Below, one piece after another: positions 56,236 to 64,000 of a stretch of 64,000 nt of DNA; within the stretch, counting starts at the first letter, position 1; each line of letters opens with the position of its first letter. Origin of the DNA: Octopus vulgaris (taxonomy: Eukaryota). The stretch is from contig OX597822.1 in assembly GCA_951406725.2 (NCBI GenBank), positions 13,268,001 through 13,332,000 on the forward strand, written 5' to 3'. Below the pieces are notes generated by a model that had not been told where the DNA came from, searched no databases, and was given only the letters and a program-made list of their open reading frames with translations. Both the position numbers and the translations under genes were made by a program.

Positions 56236-56920
56236 TAAGCAATTAAGGGTTTAGCAACGAATTGCCTTACCGCACACCGAATTTAGAAATAGCAGTCAAA
56301 GAGATTATAGCTATTTCTTCTACTAAAAGGGAGATCTCAGTAAAAACACAGCAATTTGAAAGGCAAACACAAACAGGTAAGAGAGAATGAATTGACGGCA
56401 ATCTATCATACAGTTTTAATTCACCTACGGACGTACGTTTCGAAATCAAGTCTTAGGAAAGCATAAGAATTAGATAATTCTACCTTACCCAAACTTCTTC
56501 TCTCATCAGCGCAGGATACAAACAATCATGAATGATTGTATATTGAATTTTGAGATACTAGAAGGCACCAACTCAACTCAGTATCAGAGCGAGCTAGAAG
56601 CCACAACTAGTATCACCAAATTCAAAGTGTGAATGAAAGTTTGTGTCACCAGCCCCTTCCCACCCGCGTGTAGCCAAGACAAAGTGCTGTGGTCATTTAC
56701 TGGGATGAATATGGTTATCAGTAACAATGAAGGGTGAAATTAATTAATTTGGAATAATTATCAATTACACCAAGTAGTCTTCGGCATGTAAAAGCCTCAT
56801 TCGAGGAAAATTTAAGTAATACTAAGCAATTAAGGGTTTAGCAACGAATTGCCTTACCGCACACCGAATTTAGAAATAGCAGTCAAAGAGATTATAGCTA
56901 TTTCTTCTACTAAAAGGGAG

Positions 56921-56924
<4 letters not shown>
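56233..56924 (-). mobile_element. Non-coding HHR element with identical 105-bp terminal direct repeats (587-bp period), in (TA)n
   Basis: 56233-56337 equals 56820-56924; TA tracts on both sides. Confidence 0.85.
56424..56515 (-). ncRNA. Type I HHR with canonical core
   Basis: Minus reads CCTGCG CTGATGA GAGA...TTTC GAAAC gtac GTC CGTAGG; stem III palindrome ACGTACGT. Confidence 0.88.
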
Positions 56925-56967
<43 letters not shown>

Positions 56968-56971
56968 ATGT

Positions 56972-57065
<94 letters not shown>

Positions 57066-57147
57066 CAGTCCCTTTAATTATTAATAAACCGTTTCCAATA
57101 TATGGTGAGAAATAGATATTATTTAATGAGCACATTAGATATTTTTA

Positions 57148-57233
57148 AGAGCTACTAAGAGTTTCATGCAATGTAAATGATACAGACAAAATTTTATAAA
57201 ACGTATTGGGCGTTTATGCAATCTTCAAACCCT
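57148..57233 (-). ncRNA. Degenerate type I HHR
   Basis: Minus reads AGGGT TTGAAGA tTGCA...TGCAt GAAAC tctta GTA GCTCT (C3 mutated). Confidence 0.5.
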
Positions 57234-57877
57234 GTTTGTGGTTTGGGAAGAGCTGAGTAAATTAGGAAGAGAAGAGCGAAAATGTTTGATTCAATCAGCG
57301 GCTCTCATAACACTACGAATATATCAAGCGCTAACAACCGTACCCCATGGTGATTGATTTCACTTGTTTAGCAGTCCTGTTTTCAGGTCTAGAAACTGCG
57401 AAATTCCTAGAGCAATTGAAGAGATTTCTTAATATTGTTTATTTATTTTTCGATATTTCCCTCTTTGTTATGTCTTCTCATTGCTTCTGTTTTGACTTCT
57501 CAACTTATGGTACCAAGGTACCTAGTTTTGTTTAAAAATGATGCGTGTGTTTTTGCGAATGAGTGCGTGTGTGCCAGCATGTGTGTGTGTGTGTGTCAAC
57601 CGCATTCTCAATTAAATCCTAACCATCATTTTATTCTTTCTTTCCTTTCTACTTAACCACATTTCTTCTTTCTCTTCCTTCCTCTGCTTTTTGCCTGATG
57701 AACGACTGCCTTATGAAATGTTAAAAGTCATTACTTAATTTTTAGCGTGTAGCTAATGAAATATTTATGAAAACATGTCCTTCCTGTGATGTGTATATTC
57801 TTTTGCTTTTGTTTTTACATTTACAAACTTATGTGTGTATATACATGTATGTCTGTGTGAGCAGATATATATATATA

Positions 57878-57971
<94 letters not shown>

Positions 57972-57986
57972 CATATATATATATAC

Positions 57987-58074
<88 letters not shown>

Positions 58075-58076
<2 letters not shown>

Positions 58077-58490
58077 CAAAAATGGGACAAGAACGCAAAA
58101 CACCCAGACAGACGATACAAGGAAAACAAGGACGGATCATTCGGAGTTTTCTGTCCTCAGTCGAGTTCCAGATTATCGGCTGGTTATACTCGAGATTGCT
58201 CCAATCTGGCCAGCCACAAGGAAAAATAAGCTAAGAGCATTACATTCCTTGGAAGAAATCAGTGAATGTAACGGTCGCGTCTCGAACTCGTCCCGTTTTG
58301 TTATATTTTGGTCCCATTCCTGCAACTTTCTTGCCGGTGCCTCCAGACTGGAATCAATGTTATCGATAATGACCGAAATTGCGTTTGACTCCCTGGCCGA
58401 TAACTGATGAGGAGTTGGTGACCTTCTGTATTTTCTGTTCTCCTGTGTATAGTATATGTTGTCGTGTTTATTTAGTACACGTTTTGAAAA
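58075..58490. mobile_element. TA-flanked dispersed element related to 13245-13350
   Basis: Shared gacaagaac...agacga.acaag...ggacgg..cattcg...cagtc.ag..ccagat.atc. Confidence 0.6.
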
Positions 58491-58665
58491 ACTATATAGG
58501 TGTGTCAAATTTTCCATTTGTTGTTTTCTTTTTATTTAATCCTAAAAATATTATTCATATAACACACGCACTCCTTAAACTTTTTATCTATATACACACA
58601 GACACACACAGATACACACACACACACACACACAATATATATATATATATATGTAAAAGAATATA

Positions 58666-58712
<47 letters not shown>

Positions 58713-58713
<1 letters not shown>

Positions 58714-58914
58714 TTTATTTTACACAACAAAACTGTTACAGTTCTCGTTGCCGTTCATCAGACAGCTTTTGCTAGAATTTGCTAGATAGCAAAATCTGAT
58801 GAACGGCAACGAGAAACTCGAGTAACAGATATATATAAAATAAAGCATATTACTCTACCACTGGTATTAGTACTCTTTTTTCCACCTTGTTTCACATTTA
58901 TGTGTTTACTCCGG
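58713..58914. mobile_element. Small fold-back HHR element in (TA)n
   Basis: ttctcgttgccgttcatcaga mirrored by tctgatgaacggcaacgagaa; plus copy CTGATGA acggcaacga GAAAC tcga GTA acag at 58796-58828. Confidence 0.75.
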
Positions 58915-59434
58915 TATATATATATATACATATGTACACACAAACATATATATAGTAGAATGTGTGTTTATGTTCTGAGCGTGCGCATGCACATATGCCT
59001 GTGCATATATGTATGCACGTATTCACACATACGTTCACATACATGTTTGTAGCGTATGCACGTGTGTTCTTGTGTATTTATGTATTGAGATCATTTTTTC
59101 TTTCAAAAACGTTAGATTTAAAACACGACTATGTTTGAATTTAATCTTTGTATTAAATATTTTGACATTTGTTTTAGACTTTAATCTTTAGCTTGAATCC
59201 ATAATGCTCCGCAACGTCATTAACATTTCAAGACGTTCTAGATTCTCCGAATGAAGTGACGGTAGTACAAAATCACATCGTGTTCAGCAGAAAAGAATCA
59301 ACGGAATGATGTCTTAGCAATAATAAAAATCATCATCTCAAAAGATTCAAGTTTCCTGACTGACCGCTTCCCAGTATGTTGACAAACAAACTTTCTTCCT
59401 AAATGGAATCATATAATATTTATCTGTTATATAA

Positions 59435-60385
59435 CTATTTTACTATTTTAAAATGTTTCAGCTGCAAAGCTGCAGTCATGCTGGAGCACCACCATTGACT
59501 GAGATACACCATTATATGAAACCTCCTCTGATATATGGCAATTGGTGAATGAGGGAGTTTGCTGCTGCCCTCATCTGTGCTTCCTGACATGAAGTAGGTT
59601 CCTTTAGAACCCGTAACAGGAAGAGATCTAGTTTTGTTTTTAAGACACTTACATCCACACCATGCAGGTCGCTTAGGCATTTTGGAACGATATTAAAGAG
59701 CTGTGGGCCCTTGAAGCCCAATCTGTTGCAGTATCTGGTCCTGTACTTTGATGGTGATGCTGGTATCTTTGGCACTATGCAGTGACGCCTCCTTCTGCAA
59801 TGTGAGTAACTTTCAATGCCAAAGTTTGGTACAAGCCCTTCTAGGATTTTCCAGATGTATATCACTCCATATCTCTCCCACCTTCATTCCAGGGAGAAGA
59901 GTCTTAATTCTTTAAATCTTTCCCAGTAGCTGGCATGTTGCATCGAGACTATTTTCTTAGTGTAGCTTCGTTGGATTACTTCGAGTTCCGCCGTGGATTT
60001 TTTTATTGTGTGGTGACCATAGTTGGGAGCAAATGTCTAAGCCGCTGAGGACGTATGTCCTCCAAAGGATCATCAATGTCTCCTTTTCTCTTGTTTTGAA
60101 AAATCGGAGGATCCAGCCACCCAGCCAGCCGCCTGCATTTTATTACCAAATTGGTGATATGCCCTTGAAAAGATGCATCATTGCTCTTGTCAATGCTCAG
60201 GTCACGCACTGACTTTGATTTAGGGATTTCTATTCCTCCTGGGCCAGTGTAACCTGTCTGCATGTCATTTAGCTTTGTGTGCTGGTAGCGTAGGGACTGG
60301 AATTTTCCTACATTAAACTGCATATTGTTGTCCTCAGCCCACCTGTATATTGCGTCCAACTCCCGTTGCAGATGTACAATATTTC
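59435..60385 (-). mobile_element. CR1-group LINE, 5'-truncated 3' end (RT C-terminus and short 3' UTR)
   Basis: DAIYRWAEDNNMQFNVGKF, VRDL, FQGHI, IYIWKILEGLVPN, GPQLFN, KLDLFL, NSL; frameshifted; stem-loop tail. Confidence 0.9.
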
Positions 60386-61931
60386 AAATCTTAAAGTAAA
60401 GGAACACTATAATGGATTTCTAAAATTGCATAGTTGTGCTTCTGTCGGCTAAACGTCAGACAATCAATACAAATATATTTTTTATAAATATAATACTGAG
60501 TGTGATGTGTGTGTGTGTGTGTGTGCGTGTGTCTGTGTGTGTGTGAGTGAGTACGTTTGTGCCTACGTCGTGTTCACCTCTTGTAACAGGCAGTAAGCAA
60601 TCATCAGAATGATGCGTTAGCTAATAAAATCATCCACACCGAATTTAAAATCTTTTGATGTCTGACTTCTGGTTAATACCATAGTTGATTTCACGTCTGC
60701 CGAATCCATTTGTTTATTTGTAATCTTTTTTATCAATAAAGCTTCCATAGCAAAAACTATTTTTCACTTGCTTATTATTGCTCTTATTTTATGTTCATTA
60801 TCTGGAAATTTTTCATCACACACCCTGTGACCTCTTCACCAATCTTCCATCCCGCGTGTCACCGGATGTGTGACGAAAGATTTCCAATTTTTCGTCGTTT
60901 GCTTTATGTATTTCTGTTTTAAATACTATCTCTATATAAGAGATGCTTTCTCGAGACAAATACATGTTTACAGGTTTTCTACATTATATCATCGTTATGG
61001 TAGTGTATGTGTGTGTGCGCGACTGTATTTGTCGTGTGTGTGTTTGTGCATGTGTGTGCGTGAGTGTGTTTGTATGTCGACATACGCCTGCCTACAATCA
61101 GATGCAAAAGTATAGGAACGCAACTGACGCATGCGCGTTGCAATTTATGTTCTACAGAGGGTATTATTGCGTTTGAACAGAAACCGCTTTCTATCAGTCC
61201 GTCACCCCTGCCACTCACTCTCTCTCTCCCTTCTTTGTTCATGCATACACATTCGTACACACAGACACACACACATACGCATGCACACAAATATGTGTGT
61301 GTGTGTGTGTATACACATAGCACGTGCATTACGTCTCCAATGTTTCATGCTTTCTTTACGCAGATCTTGAACTCCATGTCTTTTCTCTCTTTCTGCCTCT
61401 TTCCTTTTCTCTCTCTCTCTCTCTCTCTCATTCTTTCATTCTTCTCTCTCTCTCTCTATCTCTTCCCGGCTTTCTGTCTGTCTTTCTCTCTGTCCTTCTC
61501 TGTGTTTCATCAACAGAACCAAAGTCAATATTTAGAAACCCAACGTTAACCGACATTAAATATAGATTTAGGAGAAGTGGATGCTTTATTGAATATTTCA
61601 GTCGTTCCGTTATTGTCCATGTTTCTCTTGTTCTTGTTGATGTTGTGAAGTTTGAGGTATGCGTATTCCATATACGAAGCTAACACACAATCCGAGAGCA
61701 ATATATATGCATTAAAACACACACACATGCTGATACATACGCACACATACTCACATACACATAACCATACATCCAATCTACAGGTGTTGTATGTAGTTGC
61801 GTTGAGCTGAGAGCTTCGAAACAACGAAGAACGAATAATTACGGGAGTGAAAACGTTATGTATTTCACTGGAAACAATGCATGGACAAAAAACATTCATA
61901 TATATCTGCGGGTGAATACATATATGTATGT

Positions 61932-62309
61932 GGAGGCGCAATGGCCCAGTGGTTAGGGCAGCGGACTCGCGGTCATAGGATCGCGGTTTCGATTCCCAGA
62001 CCGGGCGTTGTGTGTGTTTATTGAGCGAAAACACCTAAAAGCTCCACGAGGCTCCGGCAGGGGATGGTGGTGATCCCTGCTGTACTCTTTCACCACAACT
62101 TTCTCTCACTTCCTGTTTCTGTTGTACCTGTATTTCAAAGGGCCGGCCTTGTCACTCTCTGTGTCACGCTGAATATCCCCGAGAACTACGTTAAGGATGC
62201 ACGTGTCTGTGGAGTGCTCAGCCACTTACACGTTAATTTCACGAGCAGGCTGTTCCGTTGATTCGGATCAACGGGAACCCTCATCATCGTAACCGACGGA
62301 GTGCTTCCA
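61932..62309 (+). mobile_element. Full-length tRNA-derived SINE (resembles octopus OR-type, from memory)
   Basis: A-box tggcccagtgg, B-box gtttcgattcc, core tgtgtttattgagcgaaaacacctaaa, tail ...cgtaaccgacggagtgc. Confidence 0.85.
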
Positions 62310-62350
62310 TATATGTATATATACATATATTTGTGTGTGTGTGTGTGTGT

Positions 62351-62538
62351 ATTCTTTTATTTGCTTCAGTCATTTCACTTGCGGCCATGCTGATGCACCG
62401 CCTTTAGTCGGAGAAATATATTCCAGGACTTTGGGAGCCTAGCACTCTGTGGCCGAGTCGCTAATTTACGGGGACGTAAAAACACCAGTAGCGGTTGTCA
62501 AGCGATGTTGAAGGCGACAAACACAGGCGCACAAACAT

Positions 62539-62582
<44 letters not shown>

Positions 62583-62654
62583 GACGGGCTTCTTCAGAGG
62601 CAATAGTATAAGACACTTGGCCAAGGTACCACGCAGAGGTATTGAACCCGTGAA

Positions 62655-62695
<41 letters not shown>

Positions 62696-62849
62696 CACGA
62701 CGGGCTTCTTTCGGTTTCCGTCAACATAAAACCCACTCACAGAGGCAATAGTAGAAGACACTTGCCCAAGGTATCACGCAAAGGTATTGAACTCGGAGCC
62801 ATGTAATTAGAAAAAGCAAACGTCTTACCAGACAGCCACTCCGGCGCCT
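62351..62849 (-). mobile_element. SINE group A with internal duplication of the core segment
   Basis: acgacgggcttctt...agacacttg.ccaaggta occurs twice; head ccactccggcgcct. Confidence 0.85.
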
Positions 62850-62857
62850 ATATATAA

Positions 62858-62902
<45 letters not shown>

Positions 62903-63517
62903 TAGAGATAGACAACATATATATATATAGAGACAGACAGACAGACAGAGACAGACAGACAGACAGACAGAGAGATATAAACAGATAGATAGATAGATAG
63001 ATAGATATATAGATAGATAGATAGATAGATAGATATAGATATAGATATAGATATAGATATAGACATATATGTTGTTTGTATTTGTAATTGTGTAACACTT
63101 TCTCGGTTTTGTTTTGTTTATTTGGGGTGGGGCGGTGTTGTCTTATTTGTCGAATACATTTTCTTGCTTTCTTCCAAAATATTTCATGCTCTTAGGGATT
63201 TCTGAAACCGGCCAGATTTGAACACTCTCAAAGTGTATCCGGCCGAAACTGTAAGGATATCTGCAAGCTTTACTTAGAAAAGTAGGCTGAGAATGAGCCG
63301 TCTTTTTTCTTTTCTCGCCCGTCTTTGTATCGTCTATTTGCCCGGATGTGTTATTGTCGTCTGTTGCGTTCTTGTTCCATTTTGGGGATTTATACAGAGT
63401 GCGTAAGATATTTGAAGACAGGTTTATGTTTATAAAAAGAAAAACGGGTATATAATAACTGATAACTTTATTTATCAAAAAATGCTATGAGGATAAAAAT
63501 AAACCTTTTCTATAATA

Positions 63518-64000
63518 TTATTTAATAAACCCACCTCCAGCTGCAACAACAGCTTCTGTATGATATCTAAATTATTTAAAACAGATCCTAGTTCATTTTG
63601 GACATTACTCTGACAGTGGCTGCTTTTAAAGTATCTTTGGTGTTATGGGCGTATTCATTGACTTCTTTCTCAACAACGCTTCATATGTAATAGTCCAATG
63701 GAATGAGATCTGGGGAATTAGGAAGGCCAAATGTTAGGGGCTATGTGATGATGAAAATTTTCCGCTATCCATTCCTGTGTTGGTAGAGCCATGTTTGATA
63801 GTGCAGAGTCATACTGAAACACCTATGGCCTTCCATTGCATACACTACCTATGCAGGGCTTAACAATTATTTCCAGGACTGGAATTGTAATGAATGTTCT
63901 GTTGAACTTGCTGGACATACTCATGTTCTTATGATTTCAAAGTGTTTAGAATGCTTTTTTCTGATTTGATACTGGTGATACGTTTTTATCTTCAGTCTCT
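63518..64000 (-). pseudogene. Tc1/mariner DD37D (maT-like) transposase C-terminal remnant
   Basis: VKP..GRP*VFQYDSA..TQEWIAENF..IWP/PNSPDLIPLDYY..VVEKEVN..HNTKDTLKAA..EAVVAAGGGFIK*; 37 residues between the last two catalytic Asp after correcting one frameshift. Confidence 0.85.

Noticed and set aside
61932-62005. tRNA-like sequences (also 51160-51234, 51827-51890, 12392-12460) as true tRNA genes
   Set aside because: No complete cloverleaf or acceptor stem; each continues into a SINE body.

Overview
AT-rich eukaryotic non-coding DNA, very dense in microsatellites ((TA)n, (CA)n, (GATA)n, (CATA)n, (AAT)n, (CAT)n). The repeat content looks like an octopod cephalopod genome; this is inferred from SINE types and repeat density and was not verified. 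I can support no intact host gene, and nearly all listed ORFs are translated simple repeats. The non-simple DNA is mostly transposon debris: three tRNA-derived SINE groups, a CR1-group LINE 3' end that shares its tail with the main SINE, R4/Dong and other RLE-LINE fragments, decayed Penelope-like (PLE) RT/GIY-YIG remnants, Helitrons (one with a PIF1-helicase remnant), hAT MITEs and a DD37D Tc1/mariner transposase remnant. The main hidden signal is about 19 loci carrying type I hammerhead ribozyme (HHR) motifs (CUGANGA...GAAAC...GUH, stem I closed), found by eye. Most sit in short non-coding elements inside (TA)n tracts, often as head-to-head fold-backs or partial tandems, and many have a palindromic stem III. 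The most striking is a composite element at 51.6-52.3 kb: tRNA-like Pol III head + (AAT)n + HHR-bearing tail, inserted as an inverted pair with a 15-bp target-site duplication. It is a candidate Penelope-mobilised, ribozyme-carrying SINE. All structures were assigned manually; none was tested computationally or experimentally.
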